Assembly (NCBI GenBank): GCA_045106895.1 | Contig: JBGCFM010000268.1 | Coordinates: forward strand, 1 to 14,297 | DNA from: Polyangiales bacterium | GTDB taxonomy: Bacteria > Myxococcota_A > Polyangia > Polyangiales > Houyiibacteriaceae | DNA length: 14,297 nucleotides | Direction of reading: 5' to 3' | Shown: positions 5,979 through 14,296 of the stretch, in pieces | Numbering within the stretch: the stretch's first letter is position 1 | Layout: each line of letters starts with the position of its first letter | Made by a program: the position numbers and the translations under genes | The notes under the pieces: model-generated | The model's database searches: none | What the model was told of the DNA's origin: nothing | What the model saw: the letters and a program-made list of their open reading frames with translations, nothing else

Positions 5979-7445
5979 ATGCGCGTCGACGTGTGGCTCG
6001 TCAGTTTCCGCGAGGGGAGCACCCCAGCAAAGACCATGGCCGCGATCTTTGGGATCAATCTGCGCGACGCGATGATGTTGGAGTGGTCGCTACCGGCCAT
6101 CGTGGGCCGCAATATGAGCGAGTCCGACGCCGCCAGCGCGGTGCGAACGCTGCGAGGAATTGGTGCCAAAGCCGAGGCGCGACCGACGGACCCCTCGGTG
6201 CCTGCCTCCTTTGAGCTGCCCTTCGAGCCGACGGAAGCGGCCCGCGAATCCAGTAACCCAGGGCCGGCGCCGGCAGCCGCGGCTCCCCCGGCCGCGGCTC
6301 CCCCGCCCTCGGCGCCGCCAAGGCAAAACGCGCGCAAGTCGGTGCCTACGCGTCGCGCCGTGAAGATCGTAAAGCGCGTTGTTTCGGAGGTGCCGCCGGA
6401 GCTCGACCTCCCGTTCATGGACGAGGATGAGCTTCCTTCGCCTCCAATTCAGCGGCGCCCGCCTTCTTCGCGCCCCTTGGTCGCCGAGCCTGCTCCTCGT
6501 CCCGCTCCGCCCCCCGCCCGTCCTGCTGCGGCTCCTCCGGCTCCGGCTCCGGCTCCTCCGGCAAGCGCCCGTCCCGCGCCTGCACCCGCCCGGCCCGCGC
6601 CAGCTCGTCCCGCGCCTGCACCCGCCCGTCCTGCGCCTGCGCCTGCGCCGGCTGCTAAGCGTTCTTCGCCAAAGGAAAACGAAGACGGCGCGCGGAAACG
6701 TGCGCCACGACGTCCTCCTCGTGACATTCCTACCGGTGACCTCTACGACGACGGGCCGCCGCTCGAGCTGATGCAAGTGGACAGGCCGAAACCTGCGGTC
6801 CGGCGCTCCATTCCCCAGTCGCGGGCTCCGGAGAAGAGCAGCATCGGGCTCAAGCCGCTCCTGCCCGCGTTTGGCGCTTTTGCGGTGGGCGCTGGCGCCG
6901 CGTTCTTCACCCTCCGTCGCGGTCAAACTGCGATGCTCGGAACCGCGGACCTCGTGGGCCATGTCATCGACGGTGTCGCCCTCGCTTGCCTTGGGCTTGG
7001 GTTCGTCTTCGCCTTCGCTGCAATCTTCTCCAAACGCGAACACTTCAACATGGCGCCCGGCCTCATGGCTCTAGTCGTCGCCGTCGGCGCGGCATTTTTG
7101 CTCAACCAGTCGCGTGTTCCTACCGTCGGACCCGACGCTGAAGTGGGCGGGGCGGTTTCCGGCCTGATCACCCAAAGCCAAGTCAGTCTGGTCGGCTTTG
7201 ACGACACAAGCGCGCGGGCGCTCGTGGACTCTTTGAGTGAGGCCGGCGCGATCAGCGTACGCGGAGCGGCGCCGGTCAGCTTCATGGGCGCTCAAGCATT
7301 CCACGGGCTGGCCATCGAGCTTCCACCCGGGCCTGCATCTCGGGCCCGAATCGTCGTGGCGTTTCGTGCGGCCATCGCTCGCTTCGGCGGGTCCGCGACG
7401 CCAGACCCGGCGCCCACACAGAGCGTCTGGATCGTCGCTCTTTAG
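5979..7445 (+). CDS. Membrane protein B: L7/L12-CTD-like N-terminal domain, long Pro/Ala-rich linker, 3 TM, unknown C-terminal domain (488 aa)
   Basis: MAAIFGINL...SLPAIVGRNMSESDAASAVRTLRGIGAKAE is L7/L12-CTD-like. It is followed by about 220 low-complexity residues, three hydrophobic helices and a C-terminal domain alignable with the 4918-5859 product. Confidence 0.8.
   Translation: MRVDVWLVSFREGSTPAKTMAAIFGINLRDAMMLEWSLPAIVGRNMSESDAASAVRTLRGIGAKAEARPTDPSVPASFELPFEPTEAARESSNPGPAPAAAAPPAAAPPPSAPPRQNARKSVPTRRAVKIVKRVVSEVPPELDLPFMDEDELPSPPIQRRPPSSRPLVAEPAPRPAPPPARPAAAPPAPAPAPPASARPAPAPARPAPARPAPAPARPAPAPAPAAKRSSPKENEDGARKRAPRRPPRDIPTGDLYDDGPPLELMQVDRPKPAVRRSIPQSRAPEKSSIGLKPLLPAFGAFAVGAGAAFFTLRRGQTAMLGTADLVGHVIDGVALACLGLGFVFAFAAIFSKREHFNMAPGLMALVVAVGAAFLLNQSRVPTVGPDAEVGGAVSGLITQSQVSLVGFDDTSARALVDSLSEAGAISVRGAAPVSFMGAQAFHGLAIELPPGPASRARIVVAFRAAIARFGGSATPDPAPTQSVWIVAL
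6276..6305 (+). repeat. Perfect 15-bp tandem duplication within the coding region (Ala/Pro pentapeptide unit)
   Basis: GCCGCGGCTCCCCCG at 6276-6290 and again at 6291-6305. Confidence 0.85.
6490..6655 (+). repeat. Degenerate coding tandem repeats (PAPARPAP...)
   Basis: CGTCCCGCGCCTGCACCCGCCCG is identical at 6570-6592 and 6606-6628 (36-bp period). GCTCCG hexamer runs occur near 6531-6561. Confidence 0.8.
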
Positions 7446-8830
7446 CTTCGTCGCCGTCGCCGGGCGAGGGGCCACAGGGCGAGGGCGAAGAGGAGAAGTG
7501 CCGGCGGCGCGTTGCCCGTCTGGCTCGTACGACACCCACACCCGCCGCTGACGCCGCCTTGCAATCCGGCGTCTGCCGCCGCGTCAAAGGAAGGGCCGGC
7601 GTCCCCGACGCCTCCGGCGTCCGTCATGACCACGGGCCCCGCATCGCTTTCGGCTTCCACAGCCTGGCCGGCAAGGTCGATTCGAATGCGCGCGTCGTCC
7701 GGATCGTTCGTTCGCAACTCGAGGGATGACCCAAGCTCGCCGGCGCGTGCAGGTCTGTAGCCTACGTCGACACTTCGCCGTGTGCGTGGAGCCAAGGTGA
7801 GCGCTTCGATGCCTTCGATGTTCGCCGGGACGTTGAATTCGACGGTGAGCGGTGACTCGCCCGTGTTCTCGATCTCCAAGGGCATGAGCACGCGCTCGCC
7901 CGGCGTGAGCGTCCCAAAGTCGAAGCTGTCCGGTGAGACGACGATGTTCGGCAAGGGGACGTGAACATTGTTGTCGTCGAAAACGACGTTGGCGTCGCGG
8001 TCGAGGAGTTGGAGTGAGATGGGGCCCACGGGCAGGTCGAACCTTCGGCCCGCCGCCTCGATGTAGACGACGGGGTGAAGTCGCAGGTTGAGCAGGTAGT
8101 TGAGCAGGCCCTCGGGGTGAACCGTCAGGTCGCGTGAGTCGCCAAAGCCGTCCACGCTCGTGGGGGCGATTCGTCGCGATTCGCCGAGCGTTTGAATGGG
8201 CGGGAGCGTGTCGATGAACACGTCCGTCGTCTGGTAGCGGGTGCGCAACGACGCGTCGACGTCGAGGCGAAAGCCGCCGCTGACGCGACTCGGCAGTCCG
8301 ATGAGAGAAGCCAGGTCGCCGTTGATGAGCGGAACGCGCTCGGTGGAGTCTTCAAGTTCGAAGGGAGCCTCTGGCGGGAAGAGAAACGGGTCGAACTCTC
8401 CCTCCGCCGTCAAGAGCAGGTCCATCGGAATCGAAGGGATGTCGATCTCTTCTTCCACGTTGAAACGAATGCCCGCGACGGTGACGTCAAAACGGAAATA
8501 GACGCGAAACTCAAACCCATAGCCGAAGGCGAGACGTCCTGACCCTGGGCGGCCTGGCACCTGCGCCGTCAGCGGAGGGTCCCAAAAAGTCACCGCCTCC
8601 GCACCGACATCGACCTCCGTCTCGCCGGCGAGACGAAGCGTCACACGAAGCTGCAGCGGAGAGCCCCCCGGGAGCCATCCGCTGTCAAAGTCAAAACCAT
8701 CGAAGAACGCATCCCGATGCATCCAGTCGGTGGACTGCACCTCACAGCCGCGCGTGGCGTCGGGGCACTGCGCCGAGGCCGTCGAGATCGCGAGGAGGGG
8801 AGCGATAAGCAGAAGCGTCAGCGTGCGCAT
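7442..8830 (-). CDS. MYXO-CTERM surface-sorted protein with ASH/choice-of-anchor-D-like Ig domain (462 aa)
   Basis: Sec signal peptide MRTLTLLLIAPLLAISTASA. ASH-type domain PNIVVSPDSFDFG...LEIENTGESPLTV...LRTNDPD...IDLAGQA. DAG linker, then tail GGCGCRTS...ALLLFALALWPLARRRRRS (MYXO-CTERM). Stop overlaps the convergent gene's stop by 4 nt. Confidence 0.88.
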   Translation of the reverse strand: MRTLTLLLIAPLLAISTASAQCPDATRGCEVQSTDWMHRDAFFDGFDFDSGWLPGGSPLQLRVTLRLAGETEVDVGAEAVTFWDPPLTAQVPGRPGSGRLAFGYGFEFRVYFRFDVTVAGIRFNVEEEIDIPSIPMDLLLTAEGEFDPFLFPPEAPFELEDSTERVPLINGDLASLIGLPSRVSGGFRLDVDASLRTRYQTTDVFIDTLPPIQTLGESRRIAPTSVDGFGDSRDLTVHPEGLLNYLLNLRLHPVVYIEAAGRRFDLPVGPISLQLLDRDANVVFDDNNVHVPLPNIVVSPDSFDFGTLTPGERVLMPLEIENTGESPLTVEFNVPANIEGIEALTLAPRTRRSVDVGYRPARAGELGSSLELRTNDPDDARIRIDLAGQAVEAESDAGPVVMTDAGGVGDAGPSFDAAADAGLQGGVSGGCGCRTSQTGNAPPALLLFALALWPLARRRRRS

Positions 8831-8928
8831 GCGTCATGTTCGCGCTCACCGGGCAGGAGTTCAAGTTTGACGACGAGATCGTGCGCGTCGCTATTGTCCC
8901 CAGACTCTTCGGCTGACATAAATCGGCG

Positions 8929-11442
8929 GTGACCCTGCTACTGCCCGACACTTTCACGACACCTGCTTCCACCGCGCACCACCCACCGGACCTGAGGCTT
9001 GAACCGGTTCATCTGCGCCTCGACCTCGATCTGCGCATCGACGCACAAGAGCTTGTGGGCACGGCCACGCATACGGTTCGCTGCAACGATGCGGGCGCGC
9101 GCACTTTGACGCTAAACGCCCTCGAGTTTGCCGAAGTGGACGTCCAAGGCGAGGGCGTGGAGTTCGACTACGACGGGGCGCTGCTTCGCATTCACTGGCA
9201 CCACCCCTTCGACAAAGGCGAGGAGCGCGAGGTGAGCGTTCGCTACCGCGTCGTCGAGCCGCGTACGGGGCTGAACTTTTCGAGCCCCGCAGCCTACGAC
9301 GACATCGACCAGGCACGCTTCGCCGTCACGGACAACGAGACCGAACGCGCACGCTACTGGCTGCCCACCGTGGACTTCGCCGCGGTTCGTCCCACCCTCG
9401 ACATCACTTTGCGCGCCGAAGAAGGCCTCACGCTCCTCGCGAACGGCGCGCTCCAATCGGACGAAGTCGTCGACGGACGCCGCGTGTGCCGATGGGTCCT
9501 GGACGCGCCCTGTCCGAGCTACCTGACCTGCATCGCCGTTGGCGATTTCGTTCGTTGGGACGGCGACGGACCTGTCCCCGTGGCGGCCTTTGCGCCGGCA
9601 TCGATGCACGAAGCGGCGAGCCTCGGCAGGAGCTTCGACCGCACCGGCGAGATGATCGAGTGGATGCAAGCGAAGCTCGGCTGCGCGCTGCCCTATCCGA
9701 AGTATTACCAGTTCGCCGTGCCCTTCATCGGCGGCGCGATGGAGAACATCTCTCTTGTGTCCTGGGACGAACGCTTCGTGTTGGACGCAGAACTCCACGC
9801 GGAACTCAAACCCCTCGTCGACATCGTCAATCTCCACGAGCTGGCCCACAGCTGGTTCGGCGACCACATCGTCTGCCGGGACCAGGCGCACTCATGGCTG
9901 AAGGAGTCTTGGGCAACGTACATGGAGAGCTGCTGGCTCGAAGGTGTGCACGGCGCCGAAGAGGCTCGCTACCACCGCTTCATCGAAGCGAAGGCGTACT
10001 TCACGGAGTGCCGCCAGCGCTACGTTCGGCCCATCGTTACGCGCACTTTCGACTCGAGCTGGGACCTCTACGACTACCACCTCTACCCCGGTGGCGCGCT
10101 CCGCCTGCACATGCTGAGGGCGCTCCTTGGCGACGACGTCTTTTGGACGGCGGTACGCGACTACGTGGCCCGCTTCGGCGGGAAGACCGTCGAGACCGAG
10201 GACTTTCGCCGGGTCATGGAAGAGCACTCGTCCCGTTCGCTGACGGCGTTCTTCGACCGCTGGCTCTACTCCCCTGGGCACCCCAAAGTGAAGGTTCGCT
10301 TTCGCTACGACGCCGGGAAAAAGGAAGGCGTCTTCGACCTCGAGCAGACCCAGGCGGGCAAGCCTTGGTTTGGTCGCAGCAAGAACAAGGGCGACGAGAT
10401 TCCCGTCTTTGACGTAGACCTTGAGCTCGCGTGGACCATCGCGGGAAGCACCGACGAATGCAGCGTGCGCTTCGACAAGAAGAGCGTCCGTCACGTCGTG
10501 AAGATGGACAAGGAGCCGGAGTTCCTGAACGTGGACCCGCGGCAGGTCTTGCTTCACGAGGTGCAGCTCGAAGTGGGCGCCCCGCTCTTGCGCAGGATGC
10601 TGAAGAGTCCAGATCTCGTCACGCGCATCAACGCGGCGTTTGCCCTCGCCAAGAAGGGGCGGCGCGCCGACGTGGATGCGATCCGCGAAGCCTTCGAGAG
10701 CGAGTCGTTTTGGGGCGCGCAAGTTCAGCTCGCCGAAGCCCTTGGCAGCGTCGCTACGGACCACGCGGCTCTCGCCATCGCGGGGCTGTGCGAAAGCCAT
10801 CATCAGACGCTCTCCCTCGCGGCCCTTTTCCGCGCCGCCGCGCTTCATCGGCATGATTCCGTCGCGTCAGCTCTTCGCACCCGCATCGAGGCAGGCCTGC
10901 CGCCGCGAGCTCGAGAGGCGGCGCTCGAAGCACTCGGAGCTCAGCGCCGAGAAGAAGACGAGGCCTTCCTCGTCGGTGAGTCGAAGCGAGGCCACGCCGT
11001 GGGCCGCCTCGGCGCGCTCCGCGGTCTCGGACGTAGCACGCGCGCGTCAGCGTTGGCGCCACTGTGCGCTGCGCTGAAGCCCGGCGGCCGACGTTCGTTC
11101 GTTCGCACGGCGGCGGCTGACGGCATCGCCGCGCTTCTCCCGCGCCTCGAACGAGGACCGCGGGCGACGGCGGTGGACGCGCTCACCTATGCGCTTCGCG
11201 ATCCCATCGGGCGAGTGCGCCAAGCGGCGGCGAACGCGCTGATTCAGAGCGGCGCGCACGAGGCTTTGGGGGCGTTGCGTGCATACGAGTCCACGCTGTC
11301 AAACCAGGAGGCGCCGCGCCTTCGCCGGGGCCTGCGAAAGCTCTCGGGAGGCGACGAGCGACGCACGATGGTCAAACGCATCGAGGGTCTCGAGGAGAAT
11401 CTGCGTGAGCTTCGGACGCGTCTCGACCGCGTCGACGGCTGA
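8929..11442 (+). CDS. pepN: M1 family zinc aminopeptidase with C-terminal HEAT repeats and coiled coil (837 aa)
   Basis: GGAMEN exopeptidase motif, HELAH-x18-E (HELAHSWFGD...WLKE), catalytic Tyr in HLYPGG, and N-terminal PCPSYL motif. The C-terminus has Ala/Leu/Arg HEAT-like repeats and the heptad IEGLEENLRELRTRL. Confidence 0.93.
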   Translation: MTLLLPDTFTTPASTAHHPPDLRLEPVHLRLDLDLRIDAQELVGTATHTVRCNDAGARTLTLNALEFAEVDVQGEGVEFDYDGALLRIHWHHPFDKGEEREVSVRYRVVEPRTGLNFSSPAAYDDIDQARFAVTDNETERARYWLPTVDFAAVRPTLDITLRAEEGLTLLANGALQSDEVVDGRRVCRWVLDAPCPSYLTCIAVGDFVRWDGDGPVPVAAFAPASMHEAASLGRSFDRTGEMIEWMQAKLGCALPYPKYYQFAVPFIGGAMENISLVSWDERFVLDAELHAELKPLVDIVNLHELAHSWFGDHIVCRDQAHSWLKESWATYMESCWLEGVHGAEEARYHRFIEAKAYFTECRQRYVRPIVTRTFDSSWDLYDYHLYPGGALRLHMLRALLGDDVFWTAVRDYVARFGGKTVETEDFRRVMEEHSSRSLTAFFDRWLYSPGHPKVKVRFRYDAGKKEGVFDLEQTQAGKPWFGRSKNKGDEIPVFDVDLELAWTIAGSTDECSVRFDKKSVRHVVKMDKEPEFLNVDPRQVLLHEVQLEVGAPLLRRMLKSPDLVTRINAAFALAKKGRRADVDAIREAFESESFWGAQVQLAEALGSVATDHAALAIAGLCESHHQTLSLAALFRAAALHRHDSVASALRTRIEAGLPPRAREAALEALGAQRREEDEAFLVGESKRGHAVGRLGALRGLGRSTRASALAPLCAALKPGGRRSFVRTAAADGIAALLPRLERGPRATAVDALTYALRDPIGRVRQAAANALIQSGAHEALGALRAYESTLSNQEAPRLRRGLRKLSGGDERRTMVKRIEGLEENLRELRTRLDRVDG

Positions 11443-11518
11443 TCAACACCCATCTACGGGTCATCTGAGACGTTTGTGTGGGTAAGTGTGCGCTTTTCGG
11501 GCACCCGCTCCCGATTTT

Positions 11519-11533
11519 TGTCATTCTCCGGGC
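11519..11533 (+). promoter_or_regulatory. Candidate extended -10 promoter for a leaderless transcript
   Basis: TG-t-CATTCT (11519-11527) lies 6 nt upstream of ATG 11534. No SD present. Confidence 0.4.
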
Positions 11534-13273
11534 ATGTTTGCTTTGAGCTCCCGCTTTGCTTTCGTCACGTGTCTGATCATCTCCGTGGGCTGTGGGTCCA
11601 GCACCCAACTCGAGCCCTTCTCGCGACCCGACGCGGGGCAAGATTCTGGACCCAACCCGGACGTGCCTTTCATCGACGCCGGGCCGGATATCCCCGACGC
11701 GTTCTTCCCCGACGTGCCCCCAGATGTATTCGACGCGGGCCCAACGACGCTGGAGGTCGCGTGCTCAATCGGGCAGATGGTCCGTCCGGGTCAGTCGGCC
11801 ACGGTGTCCGCCGAGATCGTTAGCCCAGCGACGGCTCCTTTCAGTCACCGCTGGAGCGTTGTCGAAGGAGACTTAGGCATCGAAACGCCGGACCAAATCA
11901 CCACCGTCGTCATCTCGATGGTTCCCGGCCGACATGTGCTTCGCTACACCGTTCAAGACGCGACGGGAGCCGTCGGCACGTGCACCACCACCGTCGCCGT
12001 CGTCAACGGACCACCCATCGCTTCGTGTCCCTTTGACCCCGTCGTCGGTCCGGCGGGCATGCCCATCGTGGTGGAAGGGCAGGGCTTCGATGACGATGGC
12101 ATCGTCAACTACCAGTGGGACCTCATCGAAGGCGACTTGGAGATCTTCGAGCCGGGCCAGCCGACGACAACCGTGCTGAGCAGAAACGCCCAGACGCATC
12201 GCATGCGTCTCACGGTCATGGACACGGACGGAGCAGAAGATAGCTGCATCGCCACCGTCCGGACGACGGCTCCGCCGGTGCTTCGTTGCCCCGGCACCAT
12301 CGAGGCGCCAACTCGTCAGCCCGTTGCGCTGGCCGTTCCAGGCACGGATGACACCCGCATCGTGCGACACAGCTGGGAAGGCATTTCGTGGCCAGACGAC
12401 GATATCGGCGTCGAGTTCACGCGCATCACGGGCAACCGCGCCACAATGATTCCCCGGCGCCGCGGCACGTACCTCATCAACTACACAGCCACGGACGATG
12501 ACGACCTCTCAAGCTCCTGCGTTATCGAAGTCATCGGGTTGCCCACGCCGCCTACGCTGACCTGTCCGAGCGAGGTCACCGGCGCACCGCTCTCCCCCAT
12601 CGAAATCGAAGCGAGCGCCGTCGACGACGGAGACATCATTCGCTGGGACTGGGAGCTCTCCGGCTTGCCCGATGGCTCGAACGTGCGTCCTCCAACGACG
12701 GGAAGCCCCAGCTCGGTGCTCAACCCCGACGTCGCCGGACGCTATGAGGTGACGGTGACGGTGACGGACGATGACGGCATGCAGGACCAGTGTGTGATTC
12801 CCGTTCTCGCCGTGAGCGATCAGGGGCTGCGAATCGAAGTCAGCTGGGACACCGCGACGGACATGGACACGCATCTGCTTCGTCCCTCGGCGATGGAATG
12901 GCAGAACGATGGCGACTGCTACTACGCCAACCGCAATCCGGAGTGGGGCGCTCCCGGGGAGGATGACAACCCGCGCCTCGACATCGACGACACAGACGGC
13001 TTTGGACCCGAGAATATCAACATCGACGTGCCCGAAGACGGCGTGTTCCGAGCAGGCGTTCTTGCGTTCCGCGGCCGCGCGGAGGTCACCATGCGCATCT
13101 ACTGCGGAGGCTCGCGTCTCGAACCCGTGCTCACCGTGGGCCCCGTTGAAATCCGCGACCGTGAACTTTGGCGCGTCGCAGACATCACCATCGACGGTTT
13201 CAACTGCGAGATCGAAGAGCTCTTCAACGCGGACGGTACACGCGACATCGACACCAACACGAATCGTCGCTAG
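11534..13273 (+). CDS. Lipoprotein with four Cys-bracketed PKD/HYR-like repeats and a YfaP/DUF2135-like C-terminal domain (579 aa)
   Basis: Start at ATG 11534 gives signal peptide II MFALSSRFAFVTCLIISVG-C. A PDAG acidic linker follows, then four ~87-aa repeats (PP...C...DD..I....W...G.Y....TV.D.DG...C...V) and LRIEVSWDTATDMDTHL...LDIDDTDGFGPENINI. Confidence 0.85.
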   Translation: MFALSSRFAFVTCLIISVGCGSSTQLEPFSRPDAGQDSGPNPDVPFIDAGPDIPDAFFPDVPPDVFDAGPTTLEVACSIGQMVRPGQSATVSAEIVSPATAPFSHRWSVVEGDLGIETPDQITTVVISMVPGRHVLRYTVQDATGAVGTCTTTVAVVNGPPIASCPFDPVVGPAGMPIVVEGQGFDDDGIVNYQWDLIEGDLEIFEPGQPTTTVLSRNAQTHRMRLTVMDTDGAEDSCIATVRTTAPPVLRCPGTIEAPTRQPVALAVPGTDDTRIVRHSWEGISWPDDDIGVEFTRITGNRATMIPRRRGTYLINYTATDDDDLSSSCVIEVIGLPTPPTLTCPSEVTGAPLSPIEIEASAVDDGDIIRWDWELSGLPDGSNVRPPTTGSPSSVLNPDVAGRYEVTVTVTDDDGMQDQCVIPVLAVSDQGLRIEVSWDTATDMDTHLLRPSAMEWQNDGDCYYANRNPEWGAPGEDDNPRLDIDDTDGFGPENINIDVPEDGVFRAGVLAFRGRAEVTMRIYCGGSRLEPVLTVGPVEIRDRELWRVADITIDGFNCEIEELFNADGTRDIDTNTNRR

Positions 13274-13288
13274 AGCACAACGCTGCGC

Positions 13289-14089
13289 ATGTCCTTCAAA
13301 GACTACCCTTACTTTCACGACGGAGAGTTCTTGCCCTTCGCCCACCGCGGCGGCTCGCGACGCTTTCCGGAGAACACGCGGGCGTCCTTTGAAGGGGCGA
13401 TGGGTCTCGGTTTTCGGCACATCGAGACCGACGTTCACCTGAGCGCCGATGGCCACCTCGTGGTCTTTCACGACGCCACCGTCGAGCGCACCACCGAGGG
13501 CCGCGGCGCCGTCGGGTCCATGACCTTGGCGGAGCTTCGCAAGCTCGACGTGGGCTATCGGTTTTCACCCGGGGACGGCTCGTTCCCTTACCGCGGCCGA
13601 GGCCTTGGCGTCCTGACGCTGGAGGAGGCGTTTCTTCTGTCGCCGGACGTTTACTTCAACGTCGAGATGAAAGGCGGCGCGCTCCCCCTCGCCGATGCGC
13701 TCCACGAGTTCATCTCCGCTCATGGCGTTCACGAACGCGTGCTGGCTGCGGCGGCGAATGATCGCCTCACGGCGCGCTTCCGTTCCATCGCCGGCGAACG
13801 TGTGCCCACTTCGCCCGGCGCGTCCGGCATCACGCGCTTTTGGGCCGCGGCTCGCGCGGGTCTGCACCGAAGGCTGAGCTTTCCGTTTCAAGCGCTGCAG
13901 GTTCCTATCCACCACGGCGTGCTCCAGGTCGTCACGCCGCGTTTCGTCGAAGCCGCGCACGAAGTGGGCCTCGCCGTTCACGTCTGGACCATCGACGACC
14001 CGACGCAGATGCGCTGGCTCCGCGACATTGGCGTGGACGGAATCATGACGGACCGGCCCGAGGTTTTGCAGCAGACCGTTCACGCGTAG
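13289..14089 (+). CDS. Cytoplasmic glycerophosphodiester phosphodiesterase (GDPD family), 266 aa
   Basis: FAHRGG, PENT, IETDVH, VVFHD, FNVEMK, VHVWTID and GVDGIMTDRP motifs. No signal peptide. Starts 15 bp after the lipoprotein stop. Confidence 0.93.
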   Translation: MSFKDYPYFHDGEFLPFAHRGGSRRFPENTRASFEGAMGLGFRHIETDVHLSADGHLVVFHDATVERTTEGRGAVGSMTLAELRKLDVGYRFSPGDGSFPYRGRGLGVLTLEEAFLLSPDVYFNVEMKGGALPLADALHEFISAHGVHERVLAAAANDRLTARFRSIAGERVPTSPGASGITRFWAAARAGLHRRLSFPFQALQVPIHHGVLQVVTPRFVEAAHEVGLAVHVWTIDDPTQMRWLRDIGVDGIMTDRPEVLQQTVHA

Positions 14090-14122
14090 GTCGCTCCTTG
14101 AGAGCTCCGTCTTTGGCTCGGC

Positions 14123-14296
14123 TCACACTTCAGAGACGAGCGGAAGCAACTCGCGGAGAGAGTAGGACGCCAACTCCGCGCCGCCTACTCCGGCTTCTTT
14201 CAAGTAGTCGCGCAAATCGTCGACGACTTTCGACTCCTCAATCAACACACGTTCCCTTGCCGGTCTCAACCAACCCTCACGAGGCGTGGTCTCGAT
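14123..14296 (-). CDS. 3' end of a hypothetical protein running off the window
   Basis: Open minus-strand frame from the window edge: IETTPREGWLRPARERVLIEESKVVDDLRDYLKEAGVGGAELASYSLRELLPLVSEV, ending TGA at 14125-14123. Protein-like composition, convergent with the GDPD gene. Confidence 0.55.
   Translation of the reverse strand: METTPREGWLRPARERVLIEESKVVDDLRDYLKEAGVGGAELASYSLRELLPLVSEV

Noticed and set aside
6490..6655. CRISPR-like or non-coding repeat array
   Set aside because: The repeats are in-frame Pro/Ala coding repeats with no unique spacers and no cas genes nearby.
9112..13471. Long alternative ORFs (9112..9891, 9486..10412, 9892..10854, 12509..13471)
   Set aside because: All are shadow frames of pepN or the lipoprotein, with Arg-rich or antisense-type composition and no motifs.
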